Origin: Botryllus schlosseri
Lineage: Eukaryota
Assembly (NCBI GenBank): GCA_051294905.1
Contig: CM119371.1
Span: 11,658,001-11,722,000 of the forward strand
Length of the DNA stretch: 64,000 nt
Reading direction: 5' to 3'
Positions 11,540 to 24,600 of this stretch are shown here, in pieces; the stretch's first letter is position 1; every line of letters starts with the position of its first letter. The translations under genes and the position numbers were made by a program. The notes beneath the pieces are model-generated. The model saw only the letters and a list, made by a program, of their open reading frames with translations. It did not search any database and was not told the DNA's origin.

Positions 11540-14267
11540 CATAGTGTCCTATCATAGTGTCCTATATGGTGTCGACACAAGCAAATCGCACGGTTCAATG
11601 AAATTGTATCACGTCACAGTTTCCATTTGGCTACAGGCAATTTGACGGTGATTTTTGACCGACTTGCCGAGCATTAAATTTGATGAATCGGGTATCAATC
11701 GAAAGCTGACGCTGTACTGCTTGCGAAAACATAAATTTTATTCCACTCATGGCCCTGGAACCCCCACAATCCGCCCCAAATTATTCATTGTCGAGTAGAT
11801 TGGCAGTGTGACGCAACAATGCTGTCTGGCGAAACGAGAGACTAGCTCAAGAGCAAGGATGCGGCCGAGCGGCGAGAGTTGGATCAGCTGACGTCGCGGC
11901 AATAGCAATGTGCAAACGCGCCAGAGAGCAACGCTGCGCTGTTGATACTTTTCCTATGCGTTTCGGTACAAGCGAGCACACACCAGCCTTTCCTTGACTT
12001 GTAAGGGTAGAACTGGGTCCACTGAATGTATTAGGGCCCTACCAATTTTCGCGCAATATCCTTCAGCTGATAAAGATATGTAGGCTACGTCTAAGTAGTC
12101 TACATTGGATATGTCAGATTATTATGATATCGATTGCCTTAGCCCGCTTGTTGCGTAGGGCTCCAGAGACACGTCGCGCTGTTGATGGCGGGTGTCGATA
12201 CTTTCTATAGTCGCTTTTATGGTTAAGTGGGAGCAAGGAGCATTGAGCATGAGCATACATTACGAGCTTTTATTTGATCCGTATGGGTAGGACTTGGTCC
12301 GCGAATGCAGCAGGTAAAATGTTGATTGTTGAATAAAGTTAACAGCAGGAGTGTCGAATTAAACTGGTATCGCTGTCCGGATTCAATCCGTTACTAGAAA
12401 GCTTGCGGGCCATACCTGCCAAATGATTCCAAAATGTTACCACCAAATTCATACCTTTGTTTTTCACTGGAATATATCTGATATCACTATAAACGTTGAC
12501 GTTGGAATTTGGTTTAACATTTTTCAATCACCAAATAGTTTTTTTGAATGCCGGGGACCTTTTGCGTCAAAAGTAATACAGTGGTATCACAGATATTTGA
12601 ATTATATTCATTCAGTAGCCTGTATATATATTCCTAATGTAACTTACGTAAAACGGATTTGCAGTATTTTTTCGCATCTGTGAATAACTGAATGTCCATT
12701 GTCCATTCGGCCCAACAGAGTTTGCACTTTTTTGCCTTCTCGGAATTTGGCAAGGTCACCGACGTGGTGCTTATGGGGACTAGAGTGAAAACTCAACACT
12801 GTAGTTGTATTACTACAATATGATATATTTACATTATCTAAATTTGCTGTCTTGAGTGAATCTTATTACTTAAAAGTATACTTTTCTTATTAGAAATATC
12901 TCTAACAGCTGAAGGATTCCGCGAAAATTGGTAGGGACCAAATACATTCTGTGGACCCAGTTCTACCATTACAAGTCAAGGAAAGGCTGGTGTGTGCTCG
13001 CTTTTAGCGAAGCGCATAGAAAAAGTATCAACAGCGCCACGCATCTCTGGAGCCCTACGCAACAAGCGGGCTAAGGCAATCGATATCATAATAATCTGAC
13101 ATATCCATTGTAGACTACTTAGACGTCTACATATCTCTATCAGCTGAAGGATATTGCGCGAAAATTGGTAGGGCCCTAATACATTCCGTGGACCCAGTTC
13201 TACCCTTACAAGTCAAGGAAAGGCTGGTGTGTGCTCGCTTGTACCGAAACGCATAGAAAAAGTATCAACAGCGCAGCGTTTCTCTGTGGCGCGGTTGCAC
13301 ATTGCTATTGCCGCGACGTCAGCTGATCCCACTCTCGCCGCTCGGCCGCATCCTTGCTCTTGAGCTAGTCTCTCGTTCCGCCAGACATCCTTGTTGCGTC
13401 ACACTGCCAATCTACTCGACAATGAATAATTTGGGGCGGATTGTGGGGGTTCCAGGGCCATGAGTGGAATAAAATTTATATTTTCGCAAGCAGTACAGCG
13501 TCAGCTTTCGATTGATACCCGATTCATCAAATTTAATGCTCGGCAAGTCGGTCAAAAATCACCGTCAAATTGCCTGTAGTCAAATGGAAACTGTGACGTG
13601 ATACAATTTCATTGAACCGTGCGATTTGCTTGTGTCGACACCATATAGGACACTATGGTCCTATATGGTGTCGACACCGGCAAATCGCACGCCTCAGTGA
13701 AATTGTATCACGTCACAACTTCCATTTGGCTACAGGCAATTAGACGGTAATTTTTGGCCGGCTTGCCGAGCATTAAATCTGGTAAAACGGGTATCTATCG
13801 AAAGCTGACTCTGCACTGATTACGAAAATATAAATTTTATTCCGCTCGTGGCCCTGGAACTCCCACAATCAGCCTCGAATTTTTCATTGTTATGGAGATT
13901 GGCATTGGGACGTAACAATGCTGTCTAGCGAAACGAGAGAATAACTCAAGAAAAAAGGACCTAGACAGCATTGTTGCGTCTCTCGTTTCGCCAGACATCA
14001 TTGTTGCGTCCCAATGCCAATCTCCATAACAATGAAAAATTAGAGGCTGATTGTGGGGGTTCCAGGGCCGCGAGCGGAATAAAATTTATATTTTCGTAAT
14101 CAGTGCAGAGTCAGCTTTCGATTGATACCAGTTTCACTAAATTTAATGCTCGGCATGCCGGTCAAAAAAGACCGTCAAATTACCTGTAGCCAAATGGAAA
14201 TTGTGACGTGAATCAATTTCACTGAGCCGTGAGATTTGCTTGTGTCGACACCATATAGGACACTATG
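11540..14267. mobile_element. Outer ~620-bp palindromic member of the same CATAG family, interrupted in its left TIR by the 2.1-kb element
   Basis: Same termini and a 7-bp TSD GTGCGAC at 11533-11539 and 14268-14274. The body 13658-14267 is itself a hairpin. Confidence 0.85.
11553..13657. mobile_element. Foldback-type non-autonomous element, P-superfamily-like, with ~630-bp inverted arms
   Basis: Termini CATAGTGTCCTATATGG/CCATATAGGACACTATG. Arm 11553-~12185 is the near-perfect reverse complement of ~13020-13657. 7-bp TSD GTCCTAT at 11546-11552 and 13658-13664. Confidence 0.85.
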
Positions 14268-15568
14268 GTGCGACGCATTAGCCATTTTCTTCGAAAGATT
14301 AGAGCATGTGTAATGGAATGTACGGTGTGTAACGGAAAATAGATCGAATATGATCTGGAAAAACGTTGCTAGCATGGAAAATAGTGGTTTATTATGGACA
14401 TAGTGAGGCGTGCATGGAACATTACTATTTCCTGTTTTGTACCACACCATACTCTGCTGTTGTTATGTCACTGCGCTATATCCGCTCGTTGTATCCGTTC
14501 TGTAGTTCTCATTATTACGTCACAATGAGAAAATTCCATACAATATACATTTAGAGTTTGGTAAACCATATTAACTGACTCAGTGTAAAAGCAAAAAGTG
14601 TAATGAATCAAGTAATATAGACATATTTTTTGACACGAAGTTGAAGTTCTGTACTTCTAGAATCCTATCTGAATGATATCGCCAAAAAATCCCGGCAATG
14701 ACGTTCTGCATCAATCATTAACATATGTCGAAGTCGATCAGTTTGCCGCCATTTCGTGTGTTTTACGCTGTCTAGGTGAGAACGAGGTATCTTTCGTAAT
14801 GTCAAGTTATGCTAAGAACGCGTTAGGTGACACAGCATGCTTGAACGAGGGGATGTTAAGGAAGTTGAGCGATGACAAGACTTGTGTCGGCTACAGCAGG
14901 CGCGGTAGACAGGCTAATGCCCGCACCAGCACCAAACTGAACCTTCCACATGGAATATAAGTATAGGGCTACCATACGTCCTCGTTTAAGAGGATTTGTC
15001 CTCTATTTTTAAAATGTACTCGAAGGACGCCTAAATGTCCTCTTTTACGAGACATTTGGTTGGAATATAGGAAATCAGCGTCCAAGTAATGGTCCGGCGT
15101 TGTATTTATAGTCAACCGACCATGTGGGCCTATACCCGGGAAAAAATTAGCATTATTTCAGAATTTGACTACAGTATTCTAAGTCGGAAAATTTTGAAAA
15201 AGTGTACACTTTTCAGATTCCCAAAATATGGTAACCCTGATATATGATCCTCGAAATTTTGAAATAAAATGAAATTAAATATCTCAAACGCACTCGCTTG
15301 GATGCCGGTATCGTTGATAGGCTGATGAAAATACCAAGCATCGTGTGCCAGGCATGTCTGAAGGAAGTCTGACGCTGTTTTCAGTAATTTACATCTTGAT
15401 AAGGCCTGGGAAGACTACCGAATGACTTGACTCCAGACAATTTGTGTATATAGACTCTAGTTGCACTGCACTCCAGTCATTGCTCGTGACTCGAGACATT
15501 CAATATAACTTGATTGAAATCTGGTGTATTTGGATCTGGTCCAATACTTGACAAATAAGCCCAGAAAA

Positions 15569-16003
15569 CAGGGTTGTAATGACTCGAGTCATGACTATAG
15601 ACTCGAGTCGCGATTTTCTGATGACTCGAGTCATTTTATCGAAGTACGAAAATGATTCGTCTCGAGTCAATCTGAGATTTCGTTTATTGGTATTGGTACT
15701 TGAAAATGCGGCCGGAAACTGCTAAAAGTGAGGAAAATAGTATATTATCAATGCGAACCATTCGATATCACCATAAACAGAGTTTTAAAAGTGGGTTTAA
15801 CAAGGCTTTAACTGGAAACTAAGCAGTCATCACAATGATTTGGACTCGGACTCAGACTCGAGTCATAATACCATGACTCGGACTCAACCCTTGGCTCGCT
15901 GACTTTGACTTGAACTTGACTCGGTGGTGAATTGAAAATGACTCGACTTGACTCAAGTCAAAGTAGAAAAGTGAGATTGAATTGTGACTTGGTTACAGCC
16001 CTG
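15569..16003. mobile_element. hAT-type MITE, CAGGGTTGTAA family (GACTCGAGTC-rich)
   Basis: TIR CAGGGTTGTAA/TTACAGCCCTG and TSD CCAGAAAA/CCAGAAAC. Partial copies near 10.4-10.9, 27.2, 29.5, 33.9, 34.9, 37.8-38.6 and 40.5-41.5 kb. Confidence 0.85.
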
Positions 16004-17898
16004 CCAGAAACCCACGTTTCATATGTTTGAGTAAATATGCCAAAAGTGAGAGAGATGGTATATTATAAATTTGAGGCCATCGATATCACGCCAGGGTTAC
16101 ACTCGAGTGAGTTGGACCTGACTTGAGTCTGACTTGAACTCGAAAATGAGTAGTGTGTTTTACTATAATTTCATTGTGTTTCAGATCCTAGATCTATAGA
16201 TCCACATCCTATCCTATCAATACAAACTCTGAATATCGATTGAAAAGATCTTTCTGAAGGTGAGTCATGCTATGAGTAGATGTTGATTGCAATAGTAAGG
16301 TTGCTCAGAAAATTACTCTTGTTCTGACTTAATTGGCTTCTTGATATATATATTATTGTTATATTGGCTAGGAATGTGCTGCATGAGAGTAAAAAAAGTA
16401 AATTTTTTCAGTAGCCTGTAAAAATTGAATAAAATTTGTATCGGCAGTCCTAATGTACATGTGGCGAAGAAAGTGGTAATACAACAATTCGAGTTTAGTA
16501 GCAAAAGTCAAGGTTTTAGGGTGATGAGAAAAATCGAAGTCAATACTTTTTATCACTTGACGCACGCTTCAATATATCCAATCATATGAGAATTTTCGCG
16601 GCAGTCACAAATTCTGGTATTCTTGTTCTGACGGGCATTTCGCAACTGCACCTGTCTCATTGTAGAGAAGACTCGAGTCCCCTTTTTTGTATGACTTGAC
16701 TTGGCTCGAGTCACTTTGGAAAAATGACTCGATTTGACTCGACGCTTCAGAAATGCAGATTGACTCGTGATTTGAAGCAAAACTTACGAGTCAATTTCAA
16801 GTCATCAAGTAATCAATGAGGTAAACTCTAAGAACCCTGATATGCAGGTTACATGGAAAATATAATAGAGGTCTTCAGTCTCAAGAGAAACCCTAATTGC
16901 AATATAATAATATTAAGCAAATCCCAATGTCCGTGTTTACAGTTGAATCTTTTGCATTCCTCAACGCATATGCAGGGTTGATACCAATATATTACTAAAA
17001 CTAAGGAAGCATAGAACTATGCCAACTTCTATCATCGTTAGCCGCTGTTTTATCGGCTTATAACTGTATTTAGCCGCCCATATTGCCAATTCCATTGTTT
17101 GCGAATAAATGGTGCTGGAATTGAACCCCGGCTATGATCCGTGTAATATACTGTTGTGAAGACTGGTAAATGAAGTATTCAAAGGAAAAATAAAATCATA
17201 GATTTTGAGGTGTTTTTGGATTGAGGAATTTTGCTGCGGCCCGCGAGCGATCTGAAGTGTTGAATCCGGCCCGCGTCGTCACTTGAGTTTGACACCCCTA
17301 GTATAGAGTGAACCAAATTGAAATCCCAATCGTCTTAGGAAATATAGAATTCATTGCGGCGAATTACGACATATCGTCACGCCACTTCATGGAGTTCCAC
17401 ACATGCGTGAAGGGAGAGTGATGTATTTTTAACACGTTTTCATCTTTAAGATGTCTGGAGGCGGATGGCTCGACGGATGGCTCGCCAAAATGGGAAAACA
17501 TTGCAATGAGTGAGTGCTGTCGCGGTGCCCATTTCTCTCTGTGTCGACTTCCGATGAATGTCTGATGAAGTTTGCCCACTCGATCTCTATTCTTTTTTGT
17601 CAAGTGCTTACTGCTTAGCAGTGCAAAGAAAATTCCAAATTGCTTTATCGCACTTAGGTCACTGTTTCTTAATGTTTTTCACACTCACGCCCCCGAGTTT
17701 TCAATAATATTTCTCGTACCCCCTGCCCCCACCCCCGTTCATATTAAGACAACTTCTAATGTTGCCTATAGTAAAATAAAAAAGACCACAGCCGTCAAAT
17801 CGCTCATGGTGCTAAGAAAATTTGCAAGTTGTATAAATCTGCTAGAAAATTTCCACTTTGTTACAGTTTGTGGAACAATATTAGGCCCCAGTTAGCGC

Positions 17899-18483
17899 GA
17901 GAGGTGGTCAGTAACGAAGTACTTCTACTTTTTTGAAATACTCAAGTAGTTTTCCGCTACTTGCAGTACTTACTCAAGTAAATCTGATTTCCGCTACTAC
18001 TTCTACTTCATAAAATTTTGTGCTCTACTTACTTACTTCTTGCTGTTTTCACTTTGTCTAGAGAAAGTTATGTAATCCGCCAATCAGAAAGATAGCCTGA
18101 CGAATTTTCGGGCTGTTTTCGCGGAGTACCAACATTTAATTTTCATAAAAGTTATAAGTCAAGACTGGAATTTTTGTCGTGCTTCGCGCAAGGTAGGCAT
18201 ACATGTCGAAAATTGATGCCTCCTGGGATGCATCAATATGAATCAGGCTCTCCACACCTTCCGCACAGCTCAATTTGCAGCTTTTGACAGTGTATGCGAA
18301 CGAATTGGGATCTTTTTTCACAACTACTTACTTACTTGGGTAGATTTAAGGTCAGCCAATTCTACTTCTACTTCAAATAGTTGTAGGTTGCTTTTAATAT
18401 CAGTACTGCTAATCGCACTTGAGTAGATTTTTGCATCGCTACTTCTACTTGAGTAGCTTTATTGACTACTTTGACCACCGCTG
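17899..18483. mobile_element. hAT-type MITE with TACTT subterminal repeats
   Basis: TIR GAGAGGTGGTCA/TGACCACCGCTG and perfect 8-bp TSD GTTAGCGC (17891-17898, 18484-18491). Partial copy at ~58705-58930. Confidence 0.85.
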
Positions 18484-18649
18484 GTTAGCGCACAGGACCC
18501 ATTCCACAATGCAGCTCCTAAACCATGATTTAGAGCTTCGTACCGCAAGTCGTCCACGGATTCCCCGTTTAACATCCCTTCTGACTGTCCAAAGATTGTA
18601 TGAATGGAAATCCAGATTGCTCGTTTTTAATTGAATATTTGCTCTTCAG

Positions 18650-21600
18650 ATACCCCAGTCGACTCCGAAGTTTGGGTTGATCCAGACGAAGAAAGGTTAG
18701 TAGCATTTGCTTCGTGGAGTAGATATACAGTACATGTCATTATACGATAGCTCTACCGAATCAATGAACTCTTTTTAAACTAAATTATCTCGTGAAGCCA
18801 GTTCCAATTAATAATAAGTTATGTTGCTCCATCATAAGATCAGTCACTACACGCTTTTGACATCCTACCCACTGCTTCAGTGCTTAATATTACCTATAAA
18901 ATAAGTAATTTGCTTGTAACTTTTTTTCTGTTCATTTTTAAGAGTAAGTTCTATGGAAGTGAGATAGAAACATGTTGCTTCTGCGTCTTTTAAGCCCAAA
19001 ACTGACTTTCTAGTGTAAGCGGTTATCAAGTTATTATGAAATTAGCTATTTTCGGATCGTTTGGTGAAATTACACGACCACTAGAGGGTGTACGAACACA
19101 TGCCAAGACCCTTTTTTGAAATTCAATAATTTTCATTTTTCACTCCACCCTAAACTCCAATACTCTTGCCTGAAGGTCTGTTAACAAAAAGACAATGCAT
19201 TCTAAAATCTGAGCTAGTGAAGTATTTCTTTTCTCATCTAGGATTGAAATATGTCATGTCATGACTAGAGCCCCCCCCCCCCCCCTCGATTATCAGTTTG
19301 CCGATAATAGCCACTCGATCTGACACTTTGCGAGAAATGTCGGTATTGGCCGTTAGAGGTCAAAAAGTATTGGCAATATTCGTTTACTTCCATATTGTTC
19401 AGATTCAGGCTATTTTGCTTTTTTCATGCCGTAGCTTGACAATGGTTGTAAAGCTGAAGGTTTTGAAGTGCGATTTTAAAATTGGATGTGATGTCGGAAT
19501 TATCGGTGAAGGTGTTAGGGCTGGGCACAATGATTCGAATATAAATTTTGATGATTCGAGTTTTTAGAGTACTGAAATGATACGCTCCACGCCACTGAAA
19601 GTCAATTTATCAACGTGAATTATTGTTTCGATACTAATTTTCACTTTTGAAGCCTTGAAACCTTGATTGGCCGTATCGTAACATACGAAACATATGGTAA
19701 AAAGCTACTGGAGATAGCACATTTCTGAATTCATGATCATCCCACAACATTGTCACCGAATGCAATGAAATCGGTATGGTCGGAAAAAGACCAAAGCATC
19801 TGAAATGTGATGGATATTCTTTGTGGTCGTATGAAGGGTACATATTTGAACTTTGACATTTTTCATTATGTTATGACGTCATAATGAGTGATATTCGATT
19901 ACTCGACGTGAAGCATATTACGTGATTCAGAATCGAATCACTCAGGTACTCGATTTTGCCCAGCCCTAATCTGATTACGGCGGGACTCGAGTCATTTATC
20001 ATGACGTTGAGAACACCTGCACTCATTCTACCGAATTGTGCTGTGCCATATTCGATTTTTCCATTCAAATTGAAATAAGCTTAATGTTTGGACAAGCTGT
20101 ACACTTCCACCCGGTTCAGTTTTGAGCTGCTTACAATAAACGAGACTTATGTCTTTCTACAGTTCAACGAACCCGCCAGATCTGGATAACTTGCTTGGCC
20201 AGGTCGTGGGTGATCTTTTCGGGGGTATGGGCATTGTGGCGGAACCTCCGCTGCAAGCGCAGCCATCTTCACTGCCTGCAGAGACAACTCCGCTGCCTGC
20301 AGAGCCTATTACGCGGCCTGCAGAGACAATTCCGTTGCCTGCAGAGACTATTACGCGGCTTGCAGAGACAATTCCGTTGCATTCAGAGCCAATTACGCGG
20401 CCTGCCGAGACAATTCCGCTGCCTGCAGAGCCTATTACGCTGCCTGCAGGGCCATCTGCGGTATCCACTGAGCCATCTTCATCGGCAGGGCCCCCGCTGC
20501 CCGCATTGGATGCCCGCAAGATGAAAAAAACACAAGAGGTGAGGTCTATTGTAGATTACTTTACCTTTTGGCAATTTTTAGTTCTCTCGGGCAGTGGTTC
20601 TCGACCTTGGCCCCGCGAATCATTTTCAGGGGGTCCACGAAACCTCTAAATTTGCAACACAATTCACAACGTAATTTGTAATTCTCAAAGCTAGGCAAAT
20701 TGTAAGGCAGTTTCGCTTCATAACTGCTAAAGCGTCAGGACTCACAGCAACTGAATGACCTTCTCCGAGGAAACATCCTATATCCTGTGCAAACTCATCA
20801 ATTAGTATGATGTTATTTTCACGAAAATTCATTTTGTGGCTGTTTCTCACAAGCCTATACAGTTAACATTTGCGCGAGATAGATGACGGTTGCACGATAA
20901 TTGGGCTAATTTTGAACGAATACTTGAGGTCCGCGGAGGTCTGTCAAGGTCCAAAAGGGGTCCACAATGACTGCGAACCACTCCCCTTTCTTCAAAACAA
21001 CCCCCTTTTTCTCGGCTGGCCAAGCGCCTGTTTTGTGGTATGTTCGTTTGCATCACCTCAAAGTATGAAATATGCTGCGAAATATATGTGTTACGGTAAC
21101 TAAATTTATTTTCGAAAATTACTACAAGTCATTTTTCGTTATTCGCAGGTGTGAGAATAGCCTGATCGCCGGGTCTGCCACGCGGCCAAAGGAAGAGAAA
21201 ACAAAGCGACGTTGTCTTTTGTTGGCGAAGACGCGCATAACCGAACAGCTTTCGAAAAGTGAGTCCCACAACAGGAGTATAGATTGCCAACGTAAGGATA
21301 GATATGCAGCTCCAGTTATCACGCACGCACAATGTGTTTGACTGCTGAGCCTGGGCAAAAGCAGCATTGTTGATAGTCCTATAGCTGGCGACCAGAGTGC
21401 TAAAATTGATTAAAACAGATCTTAATCGAAAGCTAGTGTTGCACTTTCGTCGAAAATACAAATTGAAATCTGGCCAGTGTATTAAAACCAGAGTTGGATC
21501 AATTGTAATTTGTAATTGAGCTGAATGTATTTAATTACATTTTTTCATGTAATTGTAATTGAAGCATTTCTATTTTGTGTAATTATAATTTGATCAAAAT

Positions 21601-24600
21601 TTTGCTCAATTACAATCTCAATTACATTTTCATGGAAACCTGACAATCACAACATAAAATAATCATTTAATTAATCAGTTATTCGTCGCACCAGTGAAAA
21701 TCTGGTACGAACCAGGACCTTAAGGCTTTAGTAAACAGTCACCACATGTAATAATTAGCCTATTTACATCGGTGTTCTATGCGTGCTGCATTATAACTAG
21801 ATAATTCAGTCACGCTAAACTATTTCCCATACTTCGGTAGCAACAGAAAACTTTGTGAATTACAATATAGGCTAAACCACTGGTTCTCAAACTGGGGGCG
21901 TGCCCCCTTGGGCGGCGTGAAAGCATCTGAACGGGGTGCGACGCTCCAGTGAGCTGAAATCTTTTCCACTTTTGGCCCGATTCACCTCCGTTTTGTAGTT
22001 ATTGCTTGGTGTATAGTCTGAATTTCGTAATGGAGAATGCTCTCATCAATAGTCATAATCTTCCATACCATCAAACTATATGTAAAAATTGCTAACTTTG
22101 TGGTTTTATTGTGTGCTATGAAGATAAGGGGGCACGAAATATCCACTGTCATAAAGGGGGGCGTGTCTAAAAAAGAACCAGTGGGCTAAACTAAATCTTA
22201 ATATTTCAAAAATGGATGAACAGCAAATAAACTATTCTGAAATCTGTGCTGAACTATTTCCTACACCACGGTCAAAGTTTCTTTTTTAATCTCTGACGAG
22301 TACCGAGGCTTGTTGCAACAAAAGCAAAAAAAATCATGTTTCCAACCAAGGCTTCATCAAACTTGATCACGCATTTGTAGAGATGCTGTCCCAATCTTAC
22401 CTCCAATCTTGGCCAATCTTACTGTTGCCAGAAACTTTTTGCACCCTAATGTTCATCAAATGCAATCTAACAGTTTTCGAGCAAGTGAAAATGTAAATGC
22501 AAACCAAAATATTGTAATTCTTCGTTATCAGGAGGTTCTTTCCTTTTGCATTTATTTTAATTTTACGCACCTTATCGGAATCTCGGAATCATCCTTATCG
22601 CTGACGCCCTACCAATTACATTTCCTTATCCTGACCTAGCTCTGAGTAGCCTAATCGTTTGGTTACATTTCATTGACTGTCCTGTAGCCTATTTGCTTTA
22701 GTCGCTCAAACCTCAAGTAATGAATACTCTGTTCAGCTTCTCGGATTCGGAGACTGCCGCCAAGTGGCTCCGACTTGGAAGTCGAGCGCATGACTGCCAG
22801 GCGAAAGACCAAGCGGATGAAGAGGCCCCTGTCGCCATCATCCGAATATGAAGGAAAAGGTTAGAATTAGATTACTCTGGTTCAATTAGAGTACTGAAAC
22901 ATTTCACAAATCAGATTGGAATTAGATTGTTTGCATTTCGCTCTAATTTAGTGAAATTAGATCGCTAGAATCATCAAGTTGTCCCAGTCTGTCTGAGACG
23001 AATGTGGTCATAATTGGCTGATTCGTGGATATTAACTTGAAATTAGTTGATAAGCCTAGACACTAAATTATCATGGAAGTGCGTCATGTTCTACATCCTT
23101 AGATGCTTCGTGCCAGCCTGGGTTCTTCTGATACTCATTAATCCAAGCAAAGTTACAATATGGCATCCTTTTTTGCGGCTGCCAGTAAAACTGACCTATC
23201 GATCTCGCATCCCATGACATGCCGTCTTATTTCTTGTCGCTTTCTTTTTCTATACTATATTCTTTACTTTCATTCAGTGTGCATGCCTACTCTTTACATC
23301 ACCTAGGCCAAGCGGGGTGTCTAATTCCGTAGACTACTTCTAGTCACTTCGACATCTTCCTGTCTTTTCGTTGTATCGCATTTTTTGTGGTGTATTGAAC
23401 TGATAAAATTGATAATAAACCAATGATGATGATGATGATGATGTGGTACGGATATAACACTGGGACCGAAAATTCTTGAAAAATTCTCATATATGTCATT
23501 CAAAAGCCGTGAACATTTTTCTTTGTGACCTTCAAAACGACCTATCCAGACCCAGTAATAATTTCTAAGTTGAAGTGTCGGGCCTGTATCGGGCTGTATA
23601 ACAACATATATTTTTCCTGCTTAATACCATGATTGAGTGGACTCTTTTCAATTCAATTACAAAATTTATAACGTGTGGGGTCGATGATGACATAGCCAAA
23701 TCAAGCAGCATAGTTCGACTAACTTATCATTTAGCTGCAGAAACGCGTCTACATACAGAGAGGCTGTATTTCATAAGCAACTACGGTATTTTATCGCTGT
23801 ACCGAGCTATTCGGAAGTCGAAATGTTTAGTTATGGACGATATGACTTAGGGTGGAGTGAAAATAAGGAGGGTTCGTAAGTCCTGACAAATGACCTAAAA
23901 CTTCAATAGAAATTGACGTTGGGGAATTGCCCATTTCGACAACTACTGGCAGTACAGTCATGATATAAAGCTCAAAAGCTGCCAAAAACATTATGTTTCT
24001 ATCTGTCTTAAGAAAGTTATGTCTATTGTGAACGCAGAACGAGTTATAGCATAAAAACACTAAAATTTTTAAGCGGGTAAATAGCGGGAGTAATGAAGTT
24101 GCATGTTAGTTGGATTAACACTAGAAAAGCTAAATATATCAATCTCATGTAAAAGCTCAATGTTTAGAGCTGCTACTACATCAATCTTTCGATCAGGCTC
24201 GCGGGCGACCCATCTAGTCATTTCGGGCTACCTGGGGCTCCTGAGCACGGCATTGGTGATCCCTTATCTGGTTGCCGGTGAACCCAGCCCTCGGTGAACC
24301 CAGCCTTACGAACGCGGCCCTCGGTGAACTCGGCCCTCGGGAAATTTTGTATTCACGGATTGAGTAAGCGGGGGAGATAACACGACGCTCACATACTCTA
24401 CTTGTTTATTTTGTGGTATTCATGGCGTTTCTCGAATACTATGGACCTCGGTGAATTCCGGCCCCGAACAATTTTGAATTAAAGCTGGGAGCTGGGATAT
24501 TAGAATTGGCGGAGGTATAGGATATGAGGGTTGGTGGAGGTGGGAAATTGGGTTGGTGGAGGTGGAGAGGGGATATTAGGGTTGCCGGAGGTGGGATATT

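Noticed and set aside
20149..20649. Stand-alone 166-aa Pro-rich gene (and similar short ORFs at 25869, 28721, 31128, 34115, 36747, 40306, 44005)
   Set aside because: Each is one exon plus intron read-through, bounded internally by AG and GT sites.
23321..23503. Poly-His protein
   Set aside because: The His run comes from a short (GAT)n microsatellite in an intron, with no other coding signal.
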